Virus record (IMG/VR): IMGVR_UViG_3300027644_000004
Span: 1-64,000 of that record
DNA length: 64,000 nt
From: a virus
Strand: one strand, 5' to 3'
Positions 45,602 to 54,341 of the stretch are shown here, piece after piece. The translations under genes were made by a program, and so were the position numbers. Each line of letters begins with the position of its first letter. The stretch's first letter is position 1. Under the pieces are notes generated by a model that was given only the letters and a program-made list of their open reading frames with translations, ran no database searches and was not told where the DNA came from.

Positions 45602-46654
45602 ATGATGAAACGGCTGATTGTAACCGCAGTGGCAGTGATGTGCTTGGCCGCTCCTGCCACTGCCTCAACCCCAGAGCACCTTGGCCTGGCCATCACAATA
45701 GGACAGTGGATAATTAAAAATTCCAAGCGTGTGTACTATGTGCAGGTTGAGGCTAGAGGACGTACACAAGAAGAAGCACGCCGCAATGGATTTGCACTGG
45801 CAGTGGGACAGGCCATTGGCACACTGATACTAGTCGAACGAGAATCTGCCCATCAGGTGCTGACCAAGAATGAAATTGCCAGCTACAGCAGTGGCTACGT
45901 GGACAATTTTAAAATTGTTGACTCTCGAATTGATGCCGGCGACACTTTTGTGACCATGGATGTGTGGGTATCGCACAGTGCCATTGCCACCAGAGTCTTG
46001 GGCAAGTCCGAAACAGCAGGCCGAGTAGAAGGCGGCCGAATTGCCGCACAGTTGCAAACTCTCCAGCAGGAACGCTCTTCTGCAGACCAAGTACTACGCC
46101 TGGTGCTGGCAGATTTTCCACGCAAGGCCTTTGTGGTTGAAATGGACAAAACACGAGTTGTGTACGACCGTAATCGCACTGGACAGCTAGAAGTGGCATT
46201 TTATCTATCCTGGGACAAAAGATACATTGAAAGCATGGCCGAAGCTGTGACTGCCATAAACCAACGCTCAGATTGTGGTGGCCTATTTGGGTGCAGAGAT
46301 GTTGCATCTCGTGTGGATGTGGAACGTGCCGGATTTGGTACTACCACACAGGCCTGGTTCAATGACACAGTGGCCGAACAGATGATTCGTCGGGAAATGA
46401 TCCAGAGCAGACCGGCCATACGTGTGGCCATAGTAGACACCGCAGGAAATGAGCAGTTCAAGCAGTGTTTTTTTGCCAAAGAACTGGACCAACGCGACTA
46501 TTCTGCTTGGTACTATGTAAACGTTGGCCACAACACAACCGCCATCAACGGCAAAGCAGTGAAAAGATTCAATACATTTGTTGACCTTAGTCAGGTTCCG
46601 GTAGCCAATTTAGATCAGGTCACAGTGTCTGTAGTTCGCGCATCCGGTTGTTAA
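45602..46654 (+). CDS. exported protein with FlgT_N/LPP20-like N-domain
   Basis: Signal peptide; G.T.EEA...A..QA.G......YSSGYV. Confidence 0.55.
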   Translation: MMKRLIVTAVAVMCLAAPATASTPEHLGLAITIGQWIIKNSKRVYYVQVEARGRTQEEARRNGFALAVGQAIGTLILVERESAHQVLTKNEIASYSSGYVDNFKIVDSRIDAGDTFVTMDVWVSHSAIATRVLGKSETAGRVEGGRIAAQLQTLQQERSSADQVLRLVLADFPRKAFVVEMDKTRVVYDRNRTGQLEVAFYLSWDKRYIESMAEAVTAINQRSDCGGLFGCRDVASRVDVERAGFGTTTQAWFNDTVAEQMIRREMIQSRPAIRVAIVDTAGNEQFKQCFFAKELDQRDYSAWYYVNVGHNTTAINGKAVKRFNTFVDLSQVPVANLDQVTVSVVRASGC

Positions 46655-46740
46655 TTCATGGCAACACTGTTGCCATAAGTAGTTGCATCACTGGCATTTT
46701 AGCAGTATAATACTTAATAACACTTACATTGGATTAAATC

Positions 46741-47316
46741 ATGGCGGTACAGCAAGATTTTGACACGATAAAAGACCACACACAAGCCCTGGCCGATAAT
46801 GGCATGTATGTCTTTATGGGCGCAGTTGATCACGAAAGCATAAAGCCTGCAATCGAATGGATACTACACGAAAACTTTGTTGCAAAGAAAAAACGCAAAG
46901 AACTCTTGTTGATGATCTGTAGTGAAGGCGGGGACATGGGTGCTGCCTTTGCCTTGATTGACGTGATGCGCAGTTCCAATATCTTTATCAAAACAGTGGG
47001 CCTGGGGCAGATTGCAAGTGCAGGACTATTGATCTTTTTGGCCGGATCGCCAGGACGCAGAACCCTGACACCCAACACCAGTATCATGAGTCATCAGTAT
47101 GCCTGGGGCAATGATGGCAAACATCACGAATTAATGGCCACTCTCAAAGAGTTTGACCTCACGCAAAAACGCATGGTAGCGCATTATATACAGTGTACAG
47201 GATTGAGTGAAGAAGAAATCAAGCTGACTCTATTACCAGCACATGATGTATATCTCAGTGCAGAAGAAGCCCTGAAGCTGGGCATCTGCGACAACATCTC
47301 TGTGTTGAATCGTTAA
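46741..47316 (+). CDS. clpP: divergent ClpP-family protease
   Basis: ICSEGG, GQIASAG (Ser), MSHQ (His), HDVYLSAEEALKLG (Asp). Confidence 0.85.
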   Translation: MAVQQDFDTIKDHTQALADNGMYVFMGAVDHESIKPAIEWILHENFVAKKKRKELLLMICSEGGDMGAAFALIDVMRSSNIFIKTVGLGQIASAGLLIFLAGSPGRRTLTPNTSIMSHQYAWGNDGKHHELMATLKEFDLTQKRMVAHYIQCTGLSEEEIKLTLLPAHDVYLSAEEALKLGICDNISVLNR

Positions 47317-48059
47317 TTTTTCAATCCGGCATTTTTTAATATGCTAGACAATTCAACAGATTCATTAAACTCTTGCTCAATATTAATTGGTTTGCCGCCG
47401 ATTGTGACTTGTATTGTGAAACCTGGACGACTTCGATCAATAAACTTTTGCATATCAGCAACTTGTTTTGCAATTTCTAATTTTAATTTATCTGCTGAGT
47501 ATTTGCGTTTATCAAATGAAATATTTTGTTCTGGATAATCCGGATGCTTTGGATTGATCATTTTAATTGATACTTCGTTGGCATCTCTGTCAGTCTTGCC
47601 TTTTTCCCATTCGGCACTGTGTTGTGCTTGAGATTGGGCCGCAGCCTTGCCTTCTGGAGAATTATTCCAGCGTTCCATATCCTTTTTATATTCAGCATAG
47701 ATATCGTTGGCAACATTAAATCCTTGATCTTCAAGATATCCAGTTATGTTATCTTGAATAAAGTCATCAATGCTCATGTATGCTTCTCTACCAGCTTCCA
47801 TGCCTTTGTTCAAAAATGCTTTTGCTATTTGATCTATGTCAGCGGCGTCGCTGTCATTTTGTGATGTTAGATCTGATTTAACATCAACACCATCAGCACT
47901 AATGTCTGAATGGCCAGCGGCGTATAAATCTGCAAATTTTTGTATTGCTACACCGTAGGCGTATGGACCGTTGCCGTCATTGCCGCCCGGAGCAAATTCG
48001 TTTAACTCTCTTGCAAGATTTCTTTCTGTTTCGGTAACGTAGTCTCTGAAAGTTTTCAT
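47313..48059 (-). CDS. putative capsid-internal protein
   Basis: TATAAATA promoter; N-terminus MKTFRDYVTE resembles T4 IP capsid-targeting sequence MKTYQEFIAE. Confidence 0.55.
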   Translation of the reverse strand: MKTFRDYVTETERNLARELNEFAPGGNDGNGPYAYGVAIQKFADLYAAGHSDISADGVDVKSDLTSQNDSDAADIDQIAKAFLNKGMEAGREAYMSIDDFIQDNITGYLEDQGFNVANDIYAEYKKDMERWNNSPEGKAAAQSQAQHSAEWEKGKTDRDANEVSIKMINPKHPDYPEQNISFDKRKYSADKLKLEIAKQVADMQKFIDRSRPGFTIQVTIGGKPINIEQEFNESVELSSILKNAGLKN

Positions 48060-48074
48060 ATTATTATTTATATT

Positions 48075-49652
48075 TTATCGTTGGCGTGGGCGCCCCAGCG
48101 ATTTTTTATTCCCCAATTGTTTGGGTGTTTCAACTCCGCCGGCTGCCGCAGTGACGTCTGATCGTTGCTGACCAAAGTTGTTGAGTCGGTCAGGATCTGG
48201 TTTATAATCAACAATATCGTTTTCACCAGTTGAGTCTGTGTTGGCAACTTTCTTGGGATCCTTGTTGATGTTGAACACCAACTTGCCACCGGAGCTGGCA
48301 GTTGAACTGTAGCTTTTTTGTGCTTCCAGTGTCACTTCGGTAAACAACTTGCTGGGCCATATTGTGTTGAATCCTTCGATGATAAACTCGTCGCCCTTTT
48401 GCTTGGCTTCAGTATACATCTGCACAAAGGCCGAGTTGTTCAAGATATCAGCTGCCGCTTCTGAAAAATTGGTCTCAGTGTTGATTTTGTTGACCACTGT
48501 GTACGCAATACTGGACACCATGTGATTGAGTGGAACTACTTTACTAGCGTCGGCTGCGGTACGATCTTTGTATAATTTTTTTAAATTTTTACTGATGGGC
48601 ACTGTGTCAATGTCAAAGTTGCTGGCATCATAGTCTTTCAAACTCATGACCTGAGCAATTTCGGCAGGCTTAATGATCTCAAACTGTACAGCTAAATTTA
48701 ATGGACCTGAGTCGTGACTGCCTTTGTTAATAGTTTCCAGTATGTCAATAACGTCGGCGTACTGTTCTCCAAACTGTGTTAGGCCAGCCTTTTCAAGTTC
48801 GCGCACACTGGTCAACAGGTTAACTGAAGATGCCATGGCGCCTTTGGCACCTTTACTGGACAGTTTGATCTGTGAGTTATTAGGATTGACCAATAGGCTG
48901 TCATACAGCTCGCCACTGACGCCTTGGTTGAAACTGACCACACAGTTACTAAAGCCCTGTTGTCCCATGAACGTTGCGGCAGCCTTTGCCGCGTTGCCTT
49001 TGACCGGTAACCCATTGATCAACACAATGGGCTGTAGCATTTCGCAGAAGTAATCACGGAATCCTTTAAAATCCATCTTGCCAGCAGGCACAGCAATGGG
49101 GAAGTTCTTTGCACCGGCAATTATGACCGCGGCCTGATACTCGCTGCTGTTCTGACCAAACTTGTCGCTGATCTGTGCTAGTATTGATGCTGGGGTCTGG
49201 TTCTTGAATTTTGTCAACACATCACTGGGCTTGTAGCCGGCTTTTTCTTTGGAGCCACGAGCGCCAGCTTGACTAAAGTTGCCGGGAATATCCTTGGTCT
49301 GGAAGAACGTGTTCTTTTCACGCACTGACTTGATGTCCTGTGCAAACTTGACCAGGTAGCGTCGACCCACAGCAGTGTCAAATGCCGCAACAGCAAACGC
49401 ACCCATTCTATTGGTAGGTTGGTTGACCATTTCAATTGGATGTTTGACCTGTTTCTGTACCTTGTCAAACACTGCCATCATTTCTTCTGTGCTGTTGTAG
49501 GCACCCACTGTGGGGTAAAAAGTTAAATCTGAGAATGTAATAACATCGTCCGCGGTGTCGCCGCCAACACGGTTAAATGTTTCGCCTGGCGCCCGGGCAC
49601 TTAGTCCACGTGCTTCGGATAGGCTATCTAGTAAATCAAGTAGGTCACGCAT
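48075..49652 (-). CDS. large hypothetical late protein (possible head-packaged, nuclease-like motif)
   Basis: MRDLLDLLDSLSE leader; YDS...IKLSSK resembles PD-(D/E)XK; ends LGRPRQR. Confidence 0.5.
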   Translation of the reverse strand: MRDLLDLLDSLSEARGLSARAPGETFNRVGGDTADDVITFSDLTFYPTVGAYNSTEEMMAVFDKVQKQVKHPIEMVNQPTNRMGAFAVAAFDTAVGRRYLVKFAQDIKSVREKNTFFQTKDIPGNFSQAGARGSKEKAGYKPSDVLTKFKNQTPASILAQISDKFGQNSSEYQAAVIIAGAKNFPIAVPAGKMDFKGFRDYFCEMLQPIVLINGLPVKGNAAKAAATFMGQQGFSNCVVSFNQGVSGELYDSLLVNPNNSQIKLSSKGAKGAMASSVNLLTSVRELEKAGLTQFGEQYADVIDILETINKGSHDSGPLNLAVQFEIIKPAEIAQVMSLKDYDASNFDIDTVPISKNLKKLYKDRTAADASKVVPLNHMVSSIAYTVVNKINTETNFSEAAADILNNSAFVQMYTEAKQKGDEFIIEGFNTIWPSKLFTEVTLEAQKSYSSTASSGGKLVFNINKDPKKVANTDSTGENDIVDYKPDPDRLNNFGQQRSDVTAAAGGVETPKQLGNKKSLGRPRQR

Positions 49653-49778
49653 GGTGTATTCTTTTTCCGTTGTTGTTTACTTATCATAAATCAATATATG
49701 AATGGCAAATTTAACATTGCACACAACAGGTTTACGTGTTATAATTGCAACATCAATTGCATATAACAAGGAAATTTC

Positions 49779-50402
49779 ATGCCCAATTTAGTACCCATTG
49801 TTCTAGAACAAACTGCCAAGGGTGAGCGCAGTTATGACATCTACAGTAGACTGCTTCGCGACCGTGTGATCATGCTGGACACCGAAGTTAGTGAACACAC
49901 AGCCAGTTTAATTGTGGCACAGATGTTGTTTTTGGAAAGTGAAAATCCCGACAAAGACATCAGTTTTTATATCAACAGTCCCGGCGGTGCAGTCACAGCT
50001 GGGTTGGCCATCTACGACACCATGCAGTTTATCAAGTGTGACGTGCAGACCATTGTGATGGGCCAAGCCGCTAGCATGGGTTCGTTATTGGCGCAGGCCG
50101 GCGCACCAGGCAAACGAATGGTGCTGCCAGAAGCACGTACAATGATTCACCGAGTGAGTTCAGGCACTCCGGGCACACGTGGATCAGTTCATGTGCAGGA
50201 TCTACAGTTTGAAGATAGCAAACGCATGTTTGAAGAAAGTGTGCGCATCAACCAACGCTTGACCGAACTGTATGTTAAACACAACACCGCCGGTAAGACC
50301 TATGAAGAACTGTACGAAACTATGAAGTTTGATACCTTCTTGAGTGCCCAACAAGCAGTTGACTTTGGTCTTGCTGACCGGATTATTGCAAAAAGACAGT
50401 GA
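49779..50402 (+). CDS. clpP: Clp protease proteolytic subunit
   Basis: [36 protein letters not shown]. Confidence 0.97.
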   Translation: MPNLVPIVLEQTAKGERSYDIYSRLLRDRVIMLDTEVSEHTASLIVAQMLFLESENPDKDISFYINSPGGAVTAGLAIYDTMQFIKCDVQTIVMGQAASMGSLLAQAGAPGKRMVLPEARTMIHRVSSGTPGTRGSVHVQDLQFEDSKRMFEESVRINQRLTELYVKHNTAGKTYEELYETMKFDTFLSAQQAVDFGLADRIIAKRQ

Positions 50403-51700
50403 TGTCCTTGGAAAAGAATTTTTGTTCAAGTCCGTGGTTCCATATGAGAATCACCAACTCGGGCACCTATGAAGCCTGCAGGTGGATGTCCAAACACAGC
50501 AAGTCTCAAGTTAATTTTAACAACAGCATACAGACCACATCTCCGTTGACGTATTTTCAAAAAGGCATGTCCGAGTTAAGAACATCCTTGTTGGAAGGCC
50601 ATGCTCCTGACATGTGCAATGACTGTTATACCATGGAGCAATACAACAAAATCAGCGGCCGACAACGGCAGTTGCTAAAGGTTGGAGTTCAGGAGCAACA
50701 CTTTGAAAAAAGTCTAGCCAGTTCTACGTTGAAATCAGATTTTGATTACAGCAATCTCAATCAAGGCCATACCACCCGGCATGCAACTGACTGGCAAATT
50801 GATCTGGGAAATTATTGCAACGGAGCATGTGTTTTTTGCAGTCCCACAAGTAGCAGTAGATTAGCTGCCGAATTCCAAAAACTTGGCCTGATTGACCAAG
50901 CGCCGCCGCCGTCCTGGTGCGATGATCCCAACTTGGTTGAGCAATTTGTACATGCATTGACCAATAGCACCAATCTGCAATACCTGCATTTCATTGGCGG
51001 CGAAACGTTGATCACGCCAGGATTTAAAAAAATATTGACTGCTCTGGTCAATGCAGACTTGGCCAAAGCGATCACCATTGGATTCACCACCAATCTCACA
51101 GTTTGGGCAGACGACGTTGTTGAATTATTAAAACAATTTGGTCAAATAAATTTGGGTATGAGTGTAGAAACTCTGACTCCGGTCAATGACTATGTGCGCT
51201 ATCCCAGCCAGCGTGACCAAACACAAGAATTGTTGGATCGTTGGGTAGCTTTGGGCAGACAACAAGATTGGTTGATACAACTCAGAATCACTCCCACTTG
51301 TTTAACTGTGCATGAACTGCACTCAGTTTATGACTATGCCTGGCAAAATAACATTGCTGTGGAAAGTTGCAATTTTCTTAGCAATCCTGAATTTTTTCGT
51401 ATTGGTGTCTTGCCACCGGAATATAGAAACCGTGTAATAGAGACTCTTGACAATTGGATTCAAAGTCATTGCACTGTTGCTACACAACAAATTATCAACA
51501 CACGAGATCCAAATGTTGCTCAAAGTCAAATTTTACAAGACGCAGAAAGCTATTTGAATTATTTAAAATCTGTCGCAGACGAAAGTCATAGATTGTGCGA
51601 CCTTGTTGATTATTTAAAACGTTTGGAATCAAATCGCGGCAACAGCATTTTGACTTATCTACCCCAATATGAACACCTATTCCAATCTGCAGGATATTGA
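50399..51700 (+). CDS. radical SAM protein with N-terminal Twitch/SPASM-like Cys cluster
   Basis: FCSSPW..C..CNDC; CNGACVFC; GGE; TTN. Confidence 0.88.
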   Translation: MMSLEKNFCSSPWFHMRITNSGTYEACRWMSKHSKSQVNFNNSIQTTSPLTYFQKGMSELRTSLLEGHAPDMCNDCYTMEQYNKISGRQRQLLKVGVQEQHFEKSLASSTLKSDFDYSNLNQGHTTRHATDWQIDLGNYCNGACVFCSPTSSSRLAAEFQKLGLIDQAPPPSWCDDPNLVEQFVHALTNSTNLQYLHFIGGETLITPGFKKILTALVNADLAKAITIGFTTNLTVWADDVVELLKQFGQINLGMSVETLTPVNDYVRYPSQRDQTQELLDRWVALGRQQDWLIQLRITPTCLTVHELHSVYDYAWQNNIAVESCNFLSNPEFFRIGVLPPEYRNRVIETLDNWIQSHCTVATQQIINTRDPNVAQSQILQDAESYLNYLKSVADESHRLCDLVDYLKRLESNRGNSILTYLPQYEHLFQSAGY

Positions 51701-52094
51701 TTCTCGTTTGCAGTTGCATATTGAGCTGGAGCCTGTGGGAACTCCGGATGTCACTGTGTCTGTCAATGGTTTTGCAAATCATTATCCCAAACTAGCCAAC
51801 AACATTGCATTGGATTACCGTGTTGGGTTGCTTGATCTGTTTTCGATCGACATTGAATTACGCAACAAACACTATACCACTGAATATGAAACTGCTGTTG
51901 TGATTTGTAAATTATCCATAGACAACATTGAGTTGGTCCCCAAGTATGATTGTCTAGCCGAATATCATAACGATCACAACAATAATAATCCCACCAACTA
52001 CCTGGGATTCAATGGCAGGTGGACGTTGACATTCGACCGTCCTTTTTACCATTGGCTACACCAACATTCTGGTCATGGTTGGCTAATCATTTGA
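51669..52094 (+). CDS. hypothetical protein
   Basis: Overlaps radical SAM end; YLGFNG.W...P.Y.WL motif. Confidence 0.65.
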   Translation: MNTYSNLQDIDSRLQLHIELEPVGTPDVTVSVNGFANHYPKLANNIALDYRVGLLDLFSIDIELRNKHYTTEYETAVVICKLSIDNIELVPKYDCLAEYHNDHNNNNPTNYLGFNGRWTLTFDRPFYHWLHQHSGHGWLII

Positions 52095-52131
52095 CCATTA
52101 AATTGTTTCAGTGTAAAATACCCAGTTAATA

Positions 52132-52164
52132 ATCGATAATATTATCGATAATATTATCGATAAT
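52132..52164. repeat. AT-rich 12-bp tandem palindrome
   Basis: ATCGATAATATT x2.75; 52132-52161 is a perfect 30-bp palindrome. Confidence 0.9.
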
Positions 52165-52168
52165 CCCC

Positions 52169-52190
52169 AGGTAATACTCAAGTATTACCT
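52169..52190. promoter_or_regulatory. palindromic site, family A copy 3
   Basis: AGGTAATACT-CA-AGTATTACCT. Confidence 0.6.
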
Positions 52191-52196
52191 TTTTTT

Positions 52197-52214
52197 TGTG
52201 GCTTTTTTGCCACA
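52197..52214. promoter_or_regulatory. palindromic site, family B (TGTKGC-N6-GCMACA)
   Basis: TGTGGC-TTTTTT-GCCACA; related copies at 52588 and 53321. Confidence 0.55.
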
Positions 52215-52223
52215 AAATACAAG

Positions 52224-52252
52224 TTGACCCGAAATTCCTATTTTGCTATAAT
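52224..52252 (+). promoter_or_regulatory. early sigma70-type promoter
   Basis: TTGACC-N17-TATAAT. Confidence 0.9.
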
Positions 52253-52258
52253 ACTTGT

Positions 52259-52597
52259 ATGGAACTTAAAAAGCAATCACGTAAAAAGCGCACAGACCGC
52301 ACTCACATCATTTACATGATTGAGTCGGATGCAGACTTCTACATTGGTGTCACTGCCAAGACAATGGGCACTGTGAAGAAGAGTGTTTTGGTTCGTTGCA
52401 ACAAACACCTGTACCGCATGCGCACAGAAGACAAGAGCTGGATGTTGTATGAGACCATGCGTGAGCGTGGTACTGACTCATTCACTGTTCGTGTCATGGC
52501 TGTGGTTCGTGGCAAAGCAGAAGCACATACGTTTGAACGCGATTTGATCCGTACAATGAAGCCCAACCTTAACACAGACATTCGTGGTGTTGCGTAA
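52259..52597 (+). CDS. GIY-YIG nuclease-like protein (leaderless)
   Basis: HIIY...FYIGVT...R..KH...E..LI....P.LN. Confidence 0.75.
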   Translation: MELKKQSRKKRTDRTHIIYMIESDADFYIGVTAKTMGTVKKSVLVRCNKHLYRMRTEDKSWMLYETMRERGTDSFTVRVMAVVRGKAEAHTFERDLIRTMKPNLNTDIRGVA

Positions 52598-52615
52598 ACG
52601 CCACAGAAAGAACAT

Positions 52616-52756
52616 ATGAAACAAGTCGTTATTTCTGTAATTTTACTGAGTTTTGTCACAGTGGCATCTGCTCAAAAACCGCGTTGTTTAAAATGGACTT
52701 GGTACAACACCGGCGGCGTGCAAAAAACTGTATGCCTGCTCTGGGAAAAACGCTAA
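52616..52756 (+). CDS. 46-aa secreted peptide with one Cys pair (not in ORF track)
   Basis: MKQVVISVILLSFVTVASA|QKPRCLKWTWYNTGGVQKTVCLLWEKR; fills the intergenic gap. Confidence 0.65.
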   Translation: MKQVVISVILLSFVTVASAQKPRCLKWTWYNTGGVQKTVCLLWEKR

Positions 52757-52761
52757 AACGG

Positions 52762-52790
52762 TTGACCCGAAATTGCCATTTTGCTATAAT
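52762..52790 (+). promoter_or_regulatory. early sigma70-type promoter
   Basis: TTGACC-N17-TATAAT. Confidence 0.9.
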
Positions 52791-52820
52791 ACTTGTATAG
52801 AAACTAAAAAGGAGCCCCAA

Positions 52821-53099
52821 ATGAAAGCACTGAAAACCTACATCGACAACAAGAACAAATACCAAGCCCTGTTCCGTGGCCAGCGCACCGAAGCTCTGTA
52901 CGAAGTGCAGACTGCCGCAGGTCGCAAGCGTGTGGCAGAAACAATTGACTGTGCCCTTAGCCCCGAGAATCTTTCATGCGATGGCGAACTGCCTCGTGCA
53001 GAAGTGAACCGTCGCTATCGTGAACTCACAGCGGCCGCAAAGGATCTGATCCGATTGGACCCTAGCATGGCTCAGTACATGTACGAATTCTCGGAGTAA
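52821..53099 (+). CDS. early hypothetical protein (LSPENLSCDGE type)
   Basis: AAGGAG RBS. Confidence 0.75.
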   Translation: MKALKTYIDNKNKYQALFRGQRTEALYEVQTAAGRKRVAETIDCALSPENLSCDGELPRAEVNRRYRELTAAAKDLIRLDPSMAQYMYEFSE

Positions 53100-53103
53100 G
53101 AAC

Positions 53104-53328
53104 ATGCATCAAAACGTACAAAAACTCATCAACGATTATCAGACAATTCTGGACCGAGATCCCTTGGATCAGATGGAAGACACTCAGAGCATTCTTGCTA
53201 GATTTGCACAAGACTTGGCCACAGAACTGGGCGAGATTGTTGTTGCAGATCCGGTCAAGGACGGCGTTCGCATGTACTTTGACGAAAAGATTGCTCGCTA
53301 TGTAATCAAGCAAAGCGTTGGGTTGTAA
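53104..53328 (+). CDS. small hypothetical protein
   Basis: GGAG RBS. Confidence 0.65.
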   Translation: MHQNVQKLINDYQTILDRDPLDQMEDTQSILARFAQDLATELGEIVVADPVKDGVRMYFDEKIARYVIKQSVGL

Positions 53329-53347
53329 AAACGCAACACAGTTTTGG

Positions 53348-53376
53348 TTGACCAATAATTGCCAATTTGCTATAAT
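53348..53376 (+). promoter_or_regulatory. early sigma70-type promoter
   Basis: TTGACC-N17-TATAAT. Confidence 0.9.
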
Positions 53377-53406
53377 AGAAGTATAGTAAGAAACAAGGAG
53401 CCACAA

Positions 53407-53772
53407 ATGGAACAGTTTAAAAGTTGGGAAGAGTTGAGCGAGCTTGAGCAGGCACAGGCCACCTTTTGGGACATGTACAAGGATGCCCACAACTTCCGCC
53501 CACGTCACATTGACACCAGCACTTGGACCTTGGCTGACTTTGATCGCGAGTTCACAGAACTGGGCCGAATCATGGAAGACAACCATGTGGCTGAGAAGAT
53601 TGCCCAAGACGCGGCTGTAGAAATATTTGAACGCCGCATGGCAGAGATGATCAGCTTAGGTGCCAAGGACCTGGAGATGGCCATGCGTTGGATTCACGAA
53701 GCCGAAGAGACTCATGGTGACAACGACTACTTGGCCTGGACCCTGGGCTTGCCCTACAGATATTTTGCCTAA
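53407..53772 (+). CDS. early hypothetical protein (DMYKDAHNFRPR type)
   Basis: AAGGAG RBS. Confidence 0.75.
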   Translation: MEQFKSWEELSELEQAQATFWDMYKDAHNFRPRHIDTSTWTLADFDREFTELGRIMEDNHVAEKIAQDAAVEIFERRMAEMISLGAKDLEMAMRWIHEAEETHGDNDYLAWTLGLPYRYFA

Positions 53773-53784
53773 TCGGAGACAGAT

Positions 53785-54021
53785 ATGAATACAGGTTACA
53801 AGGTAGAGTACAACGGTTGTGAATACGAAGTTGAACATGGCGATGCATTTGATCGCGGTTCAGCCGACAGCTATTATGGCCGCAGTCGCAGGCCACACCG
53901 GGGTGGTGTAGGTGGTGACTCGGGTCCTTTAAAGTTAGACCTCACCCCGCAAGAGATTGCAGACTACATGGCCGGTTACGACTGGAACGAAGCTAACGGT
54001 GATAAGAAAGATTGGAATTAA
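53785..54021 (+). CDS. small hypothetical protein (HG.AFDRGSADSYY.R...PH)
   Basis: GGAG RBS. Confidence 0.7.
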   Translation: MNTGYKVEYNGCEYEVEHGDAFDRGSADSYYGRSRRPHRGGVGGDSGPLKLDLTPQEIADYMAGYDWNEANGDKKDWN

Positions 54022-54022
54022 T

Positions 54023-54199
54023 ATGAGTGCAATGAGTAATTTATCTTTGGAAATTTCTGACATGTTGGAAGCCGGCTACTTGCCTGTGACCATTGCTAGG
54101 ATGCTGGAAGTGCCGATCAACTGGGTTTACGAAACTGCCGAAGCAGAAGCACAAGACCCCGCTGACGAACTCAGCCCTTTTCAAACCATTAACTCCTGA
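54023..54199 (+). CDS. small HTH-like protein
   Basis: MLEAG..P..IA.ML.VP..WV. Confidence 0.6.
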   Translation: MSAMSNLSLEISDMLEAGYLPVTIARMLEVPINWVYETAEAEAQDPADELSPFQTINS

Positions 54200-54209
54200 G
54201 GAAATTGCA

Positions 54210-54341
54210 ATGACTAAACTGCAATATGTTATTGTCAGCCTGGTATTGATCACTGTCACAGGCTGTGGCACGGTAGGTGGCGCTGTGAGTGGTGCAGGTC
54301 AAGACTTGTCCAAAGCTGGCGAGTGGATACGTACACGATGA
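54210..54341 (+). CDS. entericidin EcnA/B-like small lipoprotein
   Basis: GAGG RBS; lipobox VTGC then GTVGGAVSGAGQDLSKAGEWI. Confidence 0.7.
   Translation: MTKLQYVIVSLVLITVTGCGTVGGAVSGAGQDLSKAGEWIRTR

Noticed and set aside
46658-46676. Inverted repeat ATGGCAACA-C-TGTTGCCAT as a PhaR box or terminator
   Set aside because: Arm orientation is opposite to TGC-N3-GCA and there is no U-tract; function cannot be assigned.
52259-52597. GIY-YIG protein as a mobile homing endonuclease
   Set aside because: Only 112 aa with no C-terminal DNA-binding modules and not in an intron; mobility unsupported.
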